Below, piece after piece: positions 31,675-41,868 of a DNA stretch of 64,000 nucleotides. The stretch is from a bacterium. GTDB taxonomy: Bacteria > Patescibacteriota > Minisyncoccia > UBA6257 > MFKM01. The notes under the pieces are model-generated. The model was not told where the DNA came from, ran no database searches, and saw only the letters and a list, made by a program, of their open reading frames with translations. The DNA lies in NCBI GenBank assembly GCA_030693325.1, contig JAUYAV010000011.1, positions 109,603-173,602 of the forward strand, in the 5' to 3' direction. The stretch's first letter is position 1. The number at the start of each line of letters is the position of its first letter. A program made the translations under genes and the position numbers.

Positions 31675-33192
31675 TCAAGCCTTATTCCTCACATAAACAA
31701 TAACCCGAGTTAAGAGCAAATAATACAGCAAAATGCCCCAAAAATTAAGATTGAAATTAACCGGTGCCGCCATTTTGGCGAAAAAATTAATGATAAAAAT
31801 TTCGTAAGTTAAGAGCAGAGAAACCAGCCAGCCGGAAAGCAAGGCCAAATAATAGGAAAATAAATGAAAAAAACCGATTAAAAACCCGAAGGCCATGGTT
31901 AAAGGAATAGCTATTAAAATTAAAATATTGGAAATTAAGGCCAGGAGAGAAAAATTTCCGAAAGCGATAATCAAAATGGGAGCGGTCGCCAATTGGGCGG
32001 ATAAAGTCATTAAAAAATTTTCCCGCCAGGCGAAAAATCCCGGTTTATCGCCGAATCTCAATATTTTTTTCAGCGCCGGCCGGAGATAAATAATTCCCAA
32101 AACCGCCAGAAAAGAAAGCTGGAATCCGACATCAAAAACCAATGATTTCGGATTAAAAAGCGTAATCAAAAAAGCGGCCAAGACGATGCTGTTTCTCGGT
32201 TCATAAATCCGGCCCGCCAAATTAGCCAGCAAAACAATAAAACCCATAATCGTGGCCCTGACGGCCGAGGGGTCAAAACCGGTCATGGCCACAAAACCTA
32301 AAATAACTAAAATGGTTATTGCAAAAGTCATGGACTGCGGAAAAATAAAACCAATAGCCGCGGCTATCGCCACAACAATAATAGTGATGTTCTGACCAGA
32401 AAGAGCCGTTAAATGAGTGGTACCGCTCAAACTCATGGCCTGCTTGAAATCCTTGTCTAAATTTCCGCGCTCACCAAAAATCAAGCCGGCTAAAAGGGCG
32501 GCTTGATTGGGAGGCAAAACTTTCTGGTAAGAATCAATGATTGAGTGTTTAAAATTAAAAAGAGCTGATTTGATTTTTGAGCCCATCCCGGATTTTTCCA
32601 ATTTGGCTTCGGGGAAACCGGATAAACCGTTAATTTTTTCTTTGGCTAAATAATTAACATAAGAGCTGTCTATTTGACCAATAAACGAATCTGAAGGTTT
32701 CTCAATTTTTCCCTTGAATATCAACTCATCTCCATAATGAAACTTGGGATAAAGCATTAATTTAACCGAGATTCTGCCTCGGCGTGGTTCGCCAAGCTGA
32801 ACGGTCAAATTTTGAGTGTTAGAACTATATTGAGGATCGTCAACCACTAATCCGCTGAAATTTATTTCTTTATTAAAATCTATTTTAATGTCTTTGAATT
32901 TTGAATCGTCCCATTTGTAGTAGCCGGCGCCGAGAAGAATAAAAACAGAAATAATCGCCAAAATCACCCACATTTTAGTAGGAGGATTTGTAGATTCGGA
33001 TAAATTTGCTCCGACTTCGTCGAGAGTCCTCGATGGAATCGGGATAGTTTGGACGCGGTCTAAAAACAAAAAAATCGCCGCTAAAAGCATAGTGGCGACA
33101 ATAATAATTAGAAACCTAATCCCAAAGCTGGCGGCTAAAACTCCAATCAAAAAGAAAACAATACCAAAAAAGAAAATGTCGTAGGAATGCAT
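31675..33192 (-). CDS. comEC: ComEC/Rec2 competence protein (DUF4131 plus competence domain, no beta-lactamase domain)
   Basis: GTTHLTALSGQN, PSAVRA and DVGFQLSFLA. Confidence 0.9.
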   Translation of the reverse strand: MHSYDIFFFGIVFFLIGVLAASFGIRFLIIIVATMLLAAIFLFLDRVQTIPIPSRTLDEVGANLSESTNPPTKMWVILAIISVFILLGAGYYKWDDSKFKDIKIDFNKEINFSGLVVDDPQYSSNTQNLTVQLGEPRRGRISVKLMLYPKFHYGDELIFKGKIEKPSDSFIGQIDSSYVNYLAKEKINGLSGFPEAKLEKSGMGSKIKSALFNFKHSIIDSYQKVLPPNQAALLAGLIFGERGNLDKDFKQAMSLSGTTHLTALSGQNITIIVVAIAAAIGFIFPQSMTFAITILVILGFVAMTGFDPSAVRATIMGFIVLLANLAGRIYEPRNSIVLAAFLITLFNPKSLVFDVGFQLSFLAVLGIIYLRPALKKILRFGDKPGFFAWRENFLMTLSAQLATAPILIIAFGNFSLLALISNILILIAIPLTMAFGFLIGFFHLFSYYLALLSGWLVSLLLTYEIFIINFFAKMAAPVNFNLNFWGILLYYLLLTRVIVYVRNKA

Positions 33193-33211
33193 ATAAGTTT
33201 CTTGAATTTAA

Positions 33212-33257
33212 AATTTACTATTGTAATTCCACGATCGTGGAATTACAATAGTAAATT
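33212..33257. repeat. 46-bp perfect palindrome, copy 2 of 3
   Basis: aatttactattgtaattccacga|tcgtggaattacaatagtaaatt. Confidence 0.95.
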
Positions 33258-33261
33258 AATT

Positions 33262-34413
33262 TTAGAATATTATTCCCCCGCCTAACATCTCGCCTGCTTT
33301 GCTGTAAAAAACCGCTGATTGGCCGGAAGCTACGAATTTGACGGGTTTAGCAAATAATAAACAGTAACTAGCAACTAGGGGTTTTCTATTCTTTCTAGTT
33401 ACTAATTCCTTGTTACTAATTACTAGTTCCGCTTTCGCTAACGGTTGTCTATATCGTACTCTTGCTAAAACTCCTATTCTCTTATTCGCGCGAATTAGAG
33501 AAGAAAAATAATCGGGGTTGATAAAATTCACGTCTTTTAATTTAATTTCTTTTTTATAAAGCGCCGGGTTATTTTCGCCCTCAGCCACGATTAAAACGTT
33601 GTTTTTGACGTCTTTAGCCGCCACGTAATAGGGTTTTTTGCCGGAAACCTCCAGGCCGTGCCGCTGACCGATGGTGAAATAAAAAATTCCCGGATGCCGG
33701 CCGACGACTTTACCTTCGGTAGTGATAATTTTGCCTGGCTTCTCCTTAATTTTCTTTTTCAGAAATTCCTTAAGTTTCACCTCGCCGATAAAACAAATAC
33801 CTGAAGTGCCTTTTTTCAAAGCATTTTGTAATCCTAATTTCTCCGCCATCTGCCGCACTTCAGATTTCAAATAATCGCCTATCGGAAAAAGGCAGTATTT
33901 TAATTGCTCTTGATTTAAGGTCCATAAAAAATAACTTTGGTCTTTTTCTTTATCTTTAGCTTGATAGGGTTTATAAAAAGTTTTTAGTTTTAAGTTTTTA
34001 GTTTTAAGTTTAATGTAGTGTCCGGTCGCGATGAAATCCGCGCCCATTTTTCTGGCTCGTTTCAAAAAAAGAGGAAATTTTATGAGTTTGTTGCATTGAA
34101 TATCAGGATTGGGAGTTCGGCCGGCTTTGTATCCCCGGAACATATAATCCACCACCCATTTCCGGTATTCTTTTTCAAAATTAAAAGTTAGAAGCGGAAT
34201 GCCGAGCTTGGCCGCGACTCTGATGGCGTCCCGTCTTTCGTCAATCCAGCAAAGAGATTTCTTCTTGGAATAAGTTTCCACCGGCTGGGTCCAGTTTTTC
34301 ATAAAGACGCCGGTCACATCATAGCCCTGTTTTTTCAACAGCGCCGCGGCTACGGAGCTGTCTACCCCGCCGGACATTGCCACGAAAACCTTATTTTTGG
34401 GAGATTTTGTCAT
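33262..34413 (-). CDS. mnmA: tRNA 2-thiouridylase MnmA
   Basis: AMSGGVDSS, TPNPDIQCN, ATGHY, KDQSYFL, GICFIG and SGQSAVFY. Confidence 0.95.
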   Translation of the reverse strand: MTKSPKNKVFVAMSGGVDSSVAAALLKKQGYDVTGVFMKNWTQPVETYSKKKSLCWIDERRDAIRVAAKLGIPLLTFNFEKEYRKWVVDYMFRGYKAGRTPNPDIQCNKLIKFPLFLKRARKMGADFIATGHYIKLKTKNLKLKTFYKPYQAKDKEKDQSYFLWTLNQEQLKYCLFPIGDYLKSEVRQMAEKLGLQNALKKGTSGICFIGEVKLKEFLKKKIKEKPGKIITTEGKVVGRHPGIFYFTIGQRHGLEVSGKKPYYVAAKDVKNNVLIVAEGENNPALYKKEIKLKDVNFINPDYFSSLIRANKRIGVLARVRYRQPLAKAELVISNKELVTRKNRKPLVASYCLLFAKPVKFVASGQSAVFYSKAGEMLGGGIIF

Positions 34414-34557
34414 AAAAGATTCTCCTATATAATTGCCCAAAAACCCTCAAAAATCAAGAAAATGACAAGCTTTTGAATCCTAGGGCCTATAGTAGAGGGG
34501 GCATAAAGGTCGCGGATAAATATTTCCGAAAAATAATTAAAAAACAATAAATAAATT

Positions 34558-35088
34558 ATGCTATATTTTAACCATGCAATCAGCAAAAACCTTAAGGAAA
34601 TTGGATGTAAAAACAGTAGCGGAAATTTTTGGAGAATAGTGGATAAATCCAATGAAAGGCCATATTATGAGCTTAGGGATTCCGGTGAGATTCCAGCTTT
34701 TTCTATTGATGATATTATTCTGAACGAAGAGAATGCAAAGAATATTTGGGGAATAAGAGAAGAAGCGTGGATGCTGAAAGTACTGCAAATTTTCAACCTC
34801 GCAAGGTTGGCGGAAGATAAAGAAAAGACGATAAATAATTTTATGGCCAATGAGTACGGCTATGAATCAGAAACGCAAATGATTTCGCCAGAAAAATTTA
34901 AAAACTCACCAGTGAATTACGACACACTAGAGGGGTTTACGATGGTTCTTAAACGAAAATTGGGAAGTTTAGCAACAAGAGCGAGCCAAAAAGAGGGACA
35001 GCCAGAAGATGCGAATAGGTTTCTGGTAAAGTTTATAAACTATCCTAAAAAACAAGAGAATCCGCCTTCGGATATCCCGAAAGAATAG
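34558..35088 (+). CDS. Hypothetical protein
   Basis: 176-aa ORF, no motif recognised. Confidence 0.6.
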   Translation: MLYFNHAISKNLKEIGCKNSSGNFWRIVDKSNERPYYELRDSGEIPAFSIDDIILNEENAKNIWGIREEAWMLKVLQIFNLARLAEDKEKTINNFMANEYGYESETQMISPEKFKNSPVNYDTLEGFTMVLKRKLGSLATRASQKEGQPEDANRFLVKFINYPKKQENPPSDIPKE

Positions 35089-35136
35089 GAAAAATAATTA
35101 ATAAAATAGTCGCTTAAATCTTAAATTAAAAAATCT

Positions 35137-35379
35137 ATGAAAGAAAAAATTAAAAAAATTCTAATAAAGTACTGGAAGATAATTTCAATATTTCTAATAG
35201 TACTTGTATTATTTTATTGGTTGCAGATAAGACCATCACAGACTTATTCGTATTGTCACGAATCTGCCCAAAAAAAAGCCATAGAAGTTTGTTCTTATTG
35301 TGGCAATAATAAATTCGAAGTCGCCACGTACGAATCGTATTACAAACAATGTTTAAGGTCTAAGGGATTTAATAAATAA
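35137..35379 (+). CDS. Small membrane-anchored Cys-containing protein
   Basis: TM helix followed by C...CSYC...YKQCLRSKG. Confidence 0.6.
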   Translation: MKEKIKKILIKYWKIISIFLIVLVLFYWLQIRPSQTYSYCHESAQKKAIEVCSYCGNNKFEVATYESYYKQCLRSKGFNK

Positions 35380-35407
35380 ACCTATAAAGAAAAATAAATA
35401 AAATATT

Positions 35408-35869
35408 ATGAATCAGATTGATTTTGAGAATCAAATAAAAATTGCGATTTCTAATTTTATATATTTACATCACTTTCTTTTAGAAAAAGATGTGAACGAA
35501 CGCTCAATCACACATAAATTAGCCGAATGCTTAACACCATTATTCCCCGAATGGGATATTGATTGCGAATATAATCGCGTCGGAGACAAACTATACAACC
35601 CCAAAAAAATTGGTTTATTTCCCGAACCCGTAAGTAGCGATGATGGAAAAGCCGTGACTATTTATCCTGACATTATCATCCATCACAGAGGAAAAATTGG
35701 ACTAGACAATAATTTGGCGGTTATTGAATTAAAAAAGAACCCAAATAAAAAACAAAGCGATAAAGACATTGATAAAATAAGAAAGATTAAAAAAGAGTTA
35801 GAATATCAAATCGGAATATTTCTAAAATGCTCTATAGAAGATATAATCCCGATTTATTTTATCAACTAA
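35408..35869 (+). CDS. Putative PD-(D/E)xK nuclease-fold protein
   Basis: ERSITHKLA...DIDCEYNR...YPDIIIH...VIELK. Confidence 0.55.
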   Translation: MNQIDFENQIKIAISNFIYLHHFLLEKDVNERSITHKLAECLTPLFPEWDIDCEYNRVGDKLYNPKKIGLFPEPVSSDDGKAVTIYPDIIIHHRGKIGLDNNLAVIELKKNPNKKQSDKDIDKIRKIKKELEYQIGIFLKCSIEDIIPIYFIN

Positions 35870-35873
35870 AAGA

Positions 35874-36089
35874 GTAGAAAATATTTTCGCAACCAGCCTG
35901 TTGAAATGAGGTCATAAATTACCGAGTGAGGAGGAAGAAGTAGAAAAATATCGCTGTTTGAATCCCGAAGCGAAGCCCCGCTTAGCGGGGCGAAGCGGAG
36001 GTTGAGTTCGATATTTTTCGTCAACTTCTGACGACGAACGAGAATAATTTATCCGAATGGAAATGGCTGGCGGAAAAAAGATTTTCTAC
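35874..36089. repeat. Long imperfect hairpin (REPIN-like) between convergent genes
   Basis: Nested complementary arms gtagaaaat/attttctac, ccagcc/ggctgg, ataaatta/taatttat, gaaaaatatcg/cgatatttttc; apex gccccgc-tta-gcggggc. Confidence 0.7.
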
Positions 36090-36099
36090 GATACCAACC

Positions 36100-36672
36100 T
36101 TAGGCCTTTTCAATTCTTTCCGCATATTCCCCTGTCTGGGTGTTTATTCTGATAGTATCCCCTTCTTCAATAAAAAGCGGAACAAGAATTTTGGCGCCGG
36201 TTTCAATGGTGACCGGCTTGTTGCCGCCCTGCGCCGTGTCGCCGCGGATAGAAGGCGGCGCTTCCAACACTTTGAAATCAACTTTAATCGGCAATTCAAT
36301 GCTAAGAATCTTATCCTGGAATTTCAGAGAGACAATTTCTAAATTGGGTTTTAAAAAATTGGTAATTTCATCGCCCAGCTCTTCTTTATTGAAAGAAAAA
36401 CGATTTTTAGGATTGTCAGTTTCATTAAACCAATAAATTCCGCGGCTTTCATAAAGAAAACGCGATTTCATTTTTTCAATTTCAGCTTCTTCAAAACTGT
36501 CGGCCGGCTTGAAATTCCGGCTGAAAAGCTGGCCGGTCTGAAGATTTTTTATTTTGGTCTGGACGCTGGAGCCGCCGCGACCCATGTGTAAATGCTTAAC
36601 CTCTGAAACCACAAAAGGACTTCCGTCGATTACGATAAAACTCCCGGTTTTCAAATCATTAATGGAAAGCAT
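36100..36672 (-). CDS. efp: Elongation factor P
   Basis: HMGRGGS, RGDTA and VPLFIEEGDTIRINT. Confidence 0.95.
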   Translation of the reverse strand: MLSINDLKTGSFIVIDGSPFVVSEVKHLHMGRGGSSVQTKIKNLQTGQLFSRNFKPADSFEEAEIEKMKSRFLYESRGIYWFNETDNPKNRFSFNKEELGDEITNFLKPNLEIVSLKFQDKILSIELPIKVDFKVLEAPPSIRGDTAQGGNKPVTIETGAKILVPLFIEEGDTIRINTQTGEYAERIEKA

Positions 36673-36690
36673 AATTAATAAATTTTAAAC

Positions 36691-38211
36691 TTATTCGTGT
36701 TTTTCTTCTTTATCTTTTAGAGCCTCCTCTATCGCTTTTTGCAGGTCTCCAATATTTACTTCAGCTCTTTCCCGGACGGGTCTCTCTTGATTAGTCGCCG
36801 GCTGACTAAACTGACTCGCCGGACGTTGTGGTTTTTGCGTTTCAGCCGGCTGGCGAGGACCCAGAACTTTTTCCAAAGGCATTTCATCGCGGCGGACAAT
36901 TTTTTGTTCAATCGATTCTTTCTTGTTCATTTGATCGGCAATTTTTTGTTCAATAATCTCCTTGGGAAGACTATAACGATGACGGCAATTTTCAATTATA
37001 ACATCCCTAAGATTATCAGCCGGCGCCTTTTCCAAAGGCAGAGTTTCGGCGGAAAAAGCCCGGGAAGCGATTCCGTCAATCATTAATTTGGTGTAGATAT
37101 TGAATTTGGGAAGATTGACTAAATCATTGATCAAAAATTCCGGCTCAAATTCTTTTTCTAAAAATTCCGCGTCTTCCGCTCCCACGCGGAAAACAACAAT
37201 AGTTCCGACATTACCAAAAACCGCGTCTCGGACTTTTGTGCTTTTGTCGCTACCAACCAGTTGCCCGATATACTGATGCGCCAAAATCAAATCCAAACGG
37301 TATTTCCGGGCTTCGGATAATATATTAGCGAATGACTCGGTGGCGAAATTCTGGAACTCGTCAACATAAAGATAAAAATCTCTCCGCTTGTTTTCGGCAA
37401 TATCGCTCCGGGACATCGCCGCCAATTGTATTTTGGTAATCATCAAGGCCCCCAAAAGCCGCGAATTGTCTTCACCGATTCTCCCTTTGGAAAGATTGGC
37501 GATAAAAATTTTTCCTTCATCCATTATTTTCCTGATATCAAAAGTGGAATGCGGCTGGCCGATGATATTGCGGATTAAAGGATTAGCGATAAACTGACCG
37601 ACTTTATTTTGAATAGCCGCCACCGCTTCGGTTTCCAAGCGTTGGGTGTAGCGGGCGAATTCATCAACCCAGAAACTTTTGATAACCGGATCCTGAAGAT
37701 TTTCCACGACTTTTCTCCGATATTCTTTGTCGGCTAATAAATGCATAATCCCCAACAAAGTGGAGCCGGGATATTCCAGAAGGGTCAATAAAGAATTATT
37801 AAGAATGTATTCCATCCGGGCTGACCAAACATCGGGCCAGATTTTTTTAAACACGCTCATAATGCCCGAAGCGACCAGATGGCGCAATTCCGGGTCGGTT
37901 AATTCCAAGGGATTAAAAGCCATCGGAAAATTTATATCGGCGGGATTAAAATAAATCACGTCGTCCATCCGCGATTCCGGAATTAATTCCAAAATTTTTT
38001 CGGCAAATTCGCCGTGGGGATCAATAATACCTATTCCCCGACCGGCTTTAATATCGGCTAAAGCCATATTTTCCAACATTTCGGTTTTCCCCACGCCGGT
38101 TTTCCCGATAACATACATATGCCGTCTGCGGTCGTCGGTTTTTATGCCGAATTTCACCCGTTGATTACGGAAATTGGTTTGGGCAAACATTGTTACTTCA
38201 TTATTTTCCAT
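36691..38211 (-). CDS. VirD4/TraG/HerA-like P-loop ATPase (type IV secretion DNA-binding domain type)
   Basis: HMYVIGKTGVGKT, IDPHG, YVDEFQNF, EARKY and AHQY. Confidence 0.85.
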   Translation of the reverse strand: MENNEVTMFAQTNFRNQRVKFGIKTDDRRRHMYVIGKTGVGKTEMLENMALADIKAGRGIGIIDPHGEFAEKILELIPESRMDDVIYFNPADINFPMAFNPLELTDPELRHLVASGIMSVFKKIWPDVWSARMEYILNNSLLTLLEYPGSTLLGIMHLLADKEYRRKVVENLQDPVIKSFWVDEFARYTQRLETEAVAAIQNKVGQFIANPLIRNIIGQPHSTFDIRKIMDEGKIFIANLSKGRIGEDNSRLLGALMITKIQLAAMSRSDIAENKRRDFYLYVDEFQNFATESFANILSEARKYRLDLILAHQYIGQLVGSDKSTKVRDAVFGNVGTIVVFRVGAEDAEFLEKEFEPEFLINDLVNLPKFNIYTKLMIDGIASRAFSAETLPLEKAPADNLRDVIIENCRHRYSLPKEIIEQKIADQMNKKESIEQKIVRRDEMPLEKVLGPRQPAETQKPQRPASQFSQPATNQERPVRERAEVNIGDLQKAIEEALKDKEEKHE

Positions 38212-38267
38212 GTCAAATTTATAAGCCGAAAGTGTAATCAAATTCTACCACAAAAAAAGAAAGCTCT

Positions 38268-39515
38268 TTATTCCACAATCGGCAATTCCGCCGGCGGCTC
38301 GCCTCTCCGGGATTCCAAACGGTGCAAGGTCGGCGCTTCCACGGAAGTCGTCGGGAAATGATAAACCGTGGCCAGTTCTTCGGTATTAAAAATTGAAAAT
38401 TTTTTAGGGAATGAACGAGCCTTATAGCCGTCAAAAATCCGGCGCTTGCGATAAAAAATCTTTTGGGCCTTGAAAGGAAAATCGGCTTTGGTAGTTACCG
38501 AGCCGTCAGCTTTAAAAGCGTTGAGATTCTGGGTGTTGAATTGCCAGAGCGCTCCCTGGATAGCGGAAACGTTGGAACGGGTAAAGGCATCGGCTTTGTC
38601 TATATAAACAAATCTCAAAGCCGCTTCAAATCCCAATTTGGAAATTTTTTCTTCCACGGCCTTAATCACGTCTTTTTCGCCGGGGGTCAAAGGACCGGCA
38701 GGCGATGACTCCTTATTTTCCTCAGACCAAACCGGATGGACAGCCGGCGCTTTTATCAAATTTAGAAAAAATTCTCCCAGCTCCTCCAGCAGAGTCCGTT
38801 CTTTGTCGGCTTTCCGGCCGATTAATTTGTCTGTTATTTTTTCTCCTTCCTTTTTCCATTCGTCTCCGGTCGGCCTGATCAAAAACTGAAGCCAAATCAT
38901 TTCGTCTTCTTTAAGTTTGGAAATCGTCTCAGTGATAGCCGCTATGGGGTCTAATCTTTGTTCTTCTACTTTTTCTTCAAAATAGGGGTAGGTCCGAATA
39001 GGATAAGCGTTTTCGCGGGCTAAAATAAAATTAGTCCCCCAAACGTCATAAACTTTATCGGGCAAAATTGACGGCAATAAGCCGTCATAGTCCTCCGATT
39101 CAACAATTTCCACATCCGGATATTGGGCATAAATGGCCGATTCCAAAAGATTCCGAAACGGTTCCGCGACTCTTATGTAAAAATGAATTTTGCCGGCGTT
39201 GCCAACCAGTTCAAAAGACATCCAATCATCCACTTTTCCTTTCCACCACTTATCCCAGAATTTCATCTTCCCGGAATAGATGGCGTGGGCGGCGGCAAAC
39301 ACCTGCTCCATGGCTTTCGGGGTTTTCAAAATCTCGCGGGGGATTTTAATTTCTAAAAGTTTCCATTTGATTTTAAGCATGTATCCCCGGCGGACAGTCA
39401 TCAGCCAGAAATCCAAAAAAATAAACAAAAGAACCAGCGGCAAAACTATCCACCAGCTCGCCGCCAAAATGCGAAAAACAATCTGGAGAATTCCATTTAA
39501 ATTATCGGCTGCCAT
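38268..39515 (-). CDS. Membrane-anchored hypothetical protein, likely partner of the adjacent ATPase
   Basis: N-terminal TM helix, IYAQYPDVEI and EELATVYHFP; same strand as and immediately upstream of the ATPase. Confidence 0.7.
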   Translation of the reverse strand: MAADNLNGILQIVFRILAASWWIVLPLVLLFIFLDFWLMTVRRGYMLKIKWKLLEIKIPREILKTPKAMEQVFAAAHAIYSGKMKFWDKWWKGKVDDWMSFELVGNAGKIHFYIRVAEPFRNLLESAIYAQYPDVEIVESEDYDGLLPSILPDKVYDVWGTNFILARENAYPIRTYPYFEEKVEEQRLDPIAAITETISKLKEDEMIWLQFLIRPTGDEWKKEGEKITDKLIGRKADKERTLLEELGEFFLNLIKAPAVHPVWSEENKESSPAGPLTPGEKDVIKAVEEKISKLGFEAALRFVYIDKADAFTRSNVSAIQGALWQFNTQNLNAFKADGSVTTKADFPFKAQKIFYRKRRIFDGYKARSFPKKFSIFNTEELATVYHFPTTSVEAPTLHRLESRRGEPPAELPIVE

Positions 39516-39540
39516 AAAATTAAGGTTTTGATTTTATTAA

Positions 39541-40566
39541 CTACGCCTCCTTAATTAAAGTATAACGATTATCGGGCAATTTCTCAAAGTAACGCTTATT
39601 CGAAAGATTCAAGAGAATGGTGTTTTCGCGAAGAAACCGTTCTTTTCGGACCAAGGCAACAATTTTTTGAGCATCAAGAGACCCGTGTTTTTTTAGAATC
39701 CGGATCAAAACCTCCCGTGCTGTTCCCGGCTCATAACCCTGTTCTTTCAAACCGTAAATTCCCCGCCCCACCAAAACAAAACGATTGTCTTTAATTAACT
39801 CATTATGAACCGTCTGGGGGTAGGCCTTTTTGTGGTCAAAAGCCAAATTATTGATTTTTTGGGTAAGTTCCCTAAAATGCAGGGGCTGGCTGTGTTTTTT
39901 GATAACCAAATATGCCTTGTCGCTGATGACTCTGGGATTGATTTCCGGCCAATGACTCAAGCCGAAATCTCCGAAAACATTAACATCAAAATTTTTTGAT
40001 AAGGACAAATAATTAACGGCGGATAAATCTTCAAAACGAGCCAAATGAATTTTTTTGTCAATTATTTTTTCCGGACCGAATTTTTCGCAAAAATCCGCAA
40101 CTTCTCTGATTTTTTTCAAAGCTTTATTTTTGATTTCTTCCTGAAGATACCAAAAATCGTGCATAGTTTCATCCGCTTCCGAAAACTTCGGCTCGCCATT
40201 CAAAGTAAAAATAAATCGCAATTTGCGCTCAAAAAATTTCGGCCAATTTTCTTTAGCGGTCAGATGTTTTAATTCCTGGATTAAAAGGTCATCGCGTTTC
40301 AAACCGCCGGCGGAAACCAAATGGTTTTTCACCGGTTCTATTAAATTGCTCACTTCCTCTTTGTTAAGATAACTTTTTAATTTCTCCATCCCCTGGTTTT
40401 CGATTTGTCTCACTCTTTCGCGGGTGATGTTAAAACTATCCCCGATTTCCTGGAGAGTTTTTCCTTCGCCGTCTCTCAAACCGAATCTTTCAATCAAAAT
40501 TTCCCGTTGGCGTTTTTCCAAACGGGCTAAAAGATTGTTTGTAAAATTGTCTAATTCTTTAACCAT
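39541..40566 (-). CDS. Sigma70 region-4 HTH protein with C-terminal HARE-HTH/RNAP-delta-like domain
   Basis: TLQEIGDSFNITRERVRQIE; PLHFRELT...TVHNELIKDNRFVLVGRGIYGL. Confidence 0.75.
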   Translation of the reverse strand: MVKELDNFTNNLLARLEKRQREILIERFGLRDGEGKTLQEIGDSFNITRERVRQIENQGMEKLKSYLNKEEVSNLIEPVKNHLVSAGGLKRDDLLIQELKHLTAKENWPKFFERKLRFIFTLNGEPKFSEADETMHDFWYLQEEIKNKALKKIREVADFCEKFGPEKIIDKKIHLARFEDLSAVNYLSLSKNFDVNVFGDFGLSHWPEINPRVISDKAYLVIKKHSQPLHFRELTQKINNLAFDHKKAYPQTVHNELIKDNRFVLVGRGIYGLKEQGYEPGTAREVLIRILKKHGSLDAQKIVALVRKERFLRENTILLNLSNKRYFEKLPDNRYTLIKEA

Positions 40567-40618
40567 ATTAAATAATTTACTACTATGGTAAAGAATACCA
40601 CTTCTAAAAAAAAAGTCA

Positions 40619-40902
40619 ACCCCGTTAGAAACCTTTGGCGAAAAAGAATTTTAGGCGATTTTTTAAGTATCTTCTACCCATTCCCGATTTAAGATATTTT
40701 TCTCTGGCTCGAGCATCTTGTTTATTTAAAGAAACCTCACAATAAATAAGCTTCCAGGGTATACCATATTTTGTAGATTTATTCTTGCCTGAATTATGCC
40801 TTAAAATTCTTTTTCGCAAATCCTTGGTTGAGCCAATATACCAATGCCCCTTTTGATTTTGTAAGACATAGACGTACCACATAAGCAGGTTTCTAACGGG
40901 GT
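40619..40902. mobile_element. 284-bp element bounded by perfect 16-bp inverted repeats and carrying only a GIY-YIG gene
   Basis: accccgttagaaacct (40619-40634) and aggtttctaacggggt (40887-40902). Confidence 0.7.
40625..40882 (-). CDS. GIY-YIG nuclease (85 aa)
   Basis: MWYVYVL...WYIGST..LRKRILRHN...AREKYLKSG. Confidence 0.9.
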   Translation of the reverse strand: MWYVYVLQNQKGHWYIGSTKDLRKRILRHNSGKNKSTKYGIPWKLIYCEVSLNKQDARAREKYLKSGMGRRYLKNRLKFFFAKGF

Positions 40903-41867
40903 CAACCCCGTAAAAATAATGCGGCCAAAACAAAAGCGATATAAATCAAAATAAGAAAAAAGGCCTCTCTTTTAGTGATTTGGCGGTCAGTGCGGACAAA
41001 AAAGAAGAAAAAGAGAGCGGAAATCATCACAAAAAATCCGGCAACCGCAAGGGGCGCAAAATTCAAAATTTTAATTGGAGAAATCAAAGCCACTGTTCCC
41101 AAAATTAGAGTTGCCGGCACTATCACCGCTCCCATCAAATCTCCCAAAATCATCCAGGTCTCGTCTCTTTTGGCCGAAACAACGGCAAAATAAATTTCGG
41201 GCAAGGCGCTGCCAAAACCGGTAATTAAAAGACCAATTAAAACTAAGGGCACCTTAAAAGTTAAAGCAAAAAATTGGGCCGAGGCCACAATCCCCTGAGC
41301 CGAAATCACCAAAAGAATTATTCCTAAAACTAATTTCCCTATATCTTTAAAAAAAGTTTTTAATTCTTTAACGAAAGGTTTTTTATGTTCATCATAAATT
41401 TTAGTGAATCTTTCTTTTTTGCTAAAAAGCCAGAAGAGATAAAAAACAAAAAAGGCAATCAGTAATAGCCCATCTATCCTTGAGAGTTCGCCGTCAAAAA
41501 TTAAAAACAAAGGCAAAAGCGCCGCGGCGATGGTGAAAATTGAAGTGGTTTGCACCGTTCGGCTTTCGGCCGGAATGGATTTTCCTTTAGCAAACAAAAC
41601 CGCCAAAGCCACGGCCAAAGTCAAAGCAATTATATTATTCCCGACAACATCGCCGAAAGAGAGTTGTGGGGTCCCTTTTAAAGCCGAGGTCACCCCGATA
41701 AAAAGGTTGGGTAAGGAAGCGGCAAAAGCCATCACGAAAAAGGCGACGACAAATTCCCGCCAACCCAGGAATCTGGCCATTCTCATTAATCCTCCAACAA
41801 CCCACTCACCGGAGAAATAAAGCAAAACGCAGCAAATCGCAAAAATTAAAATAAAAAACCAAATCAT
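40902..41867 (-). CDS. Sodium/calcium exchanger (CaCA) family protein
   Basis: Two alpha-repeats, AASLPN...GDVVGNN and GSALPE...GDLMG. Confidence 0.85.
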   Translation of the reverse strand: MIWFFILIFAICCVLLYFSGEWVVGGLMRMARFLGWREFVVAFFVMAFAASLPNLFIGVTSALKGTPQLSFGDVVGNNIIALTLAVALAVLFAKGKSIPAESRTVQTTSIFTIAAALLPLFLIFDGELSRIDGLLLIAFFVFYLFWLFSKKERFTKIYDEHKKPFVKELKTFFKDIGKLVLGIILLVISAQGIVASAQFFALTFKVPLVLIGLLITGFGSALPEIYFAVVSAKRDETWMILGDLMGAVIVPATLILGTVALISPIKILNFAPLAVAGFFVMISALFFFFFVRTDRQITKREAFFLILIYIAFVLAALFLRG

Positions 41868-41868
41868 A

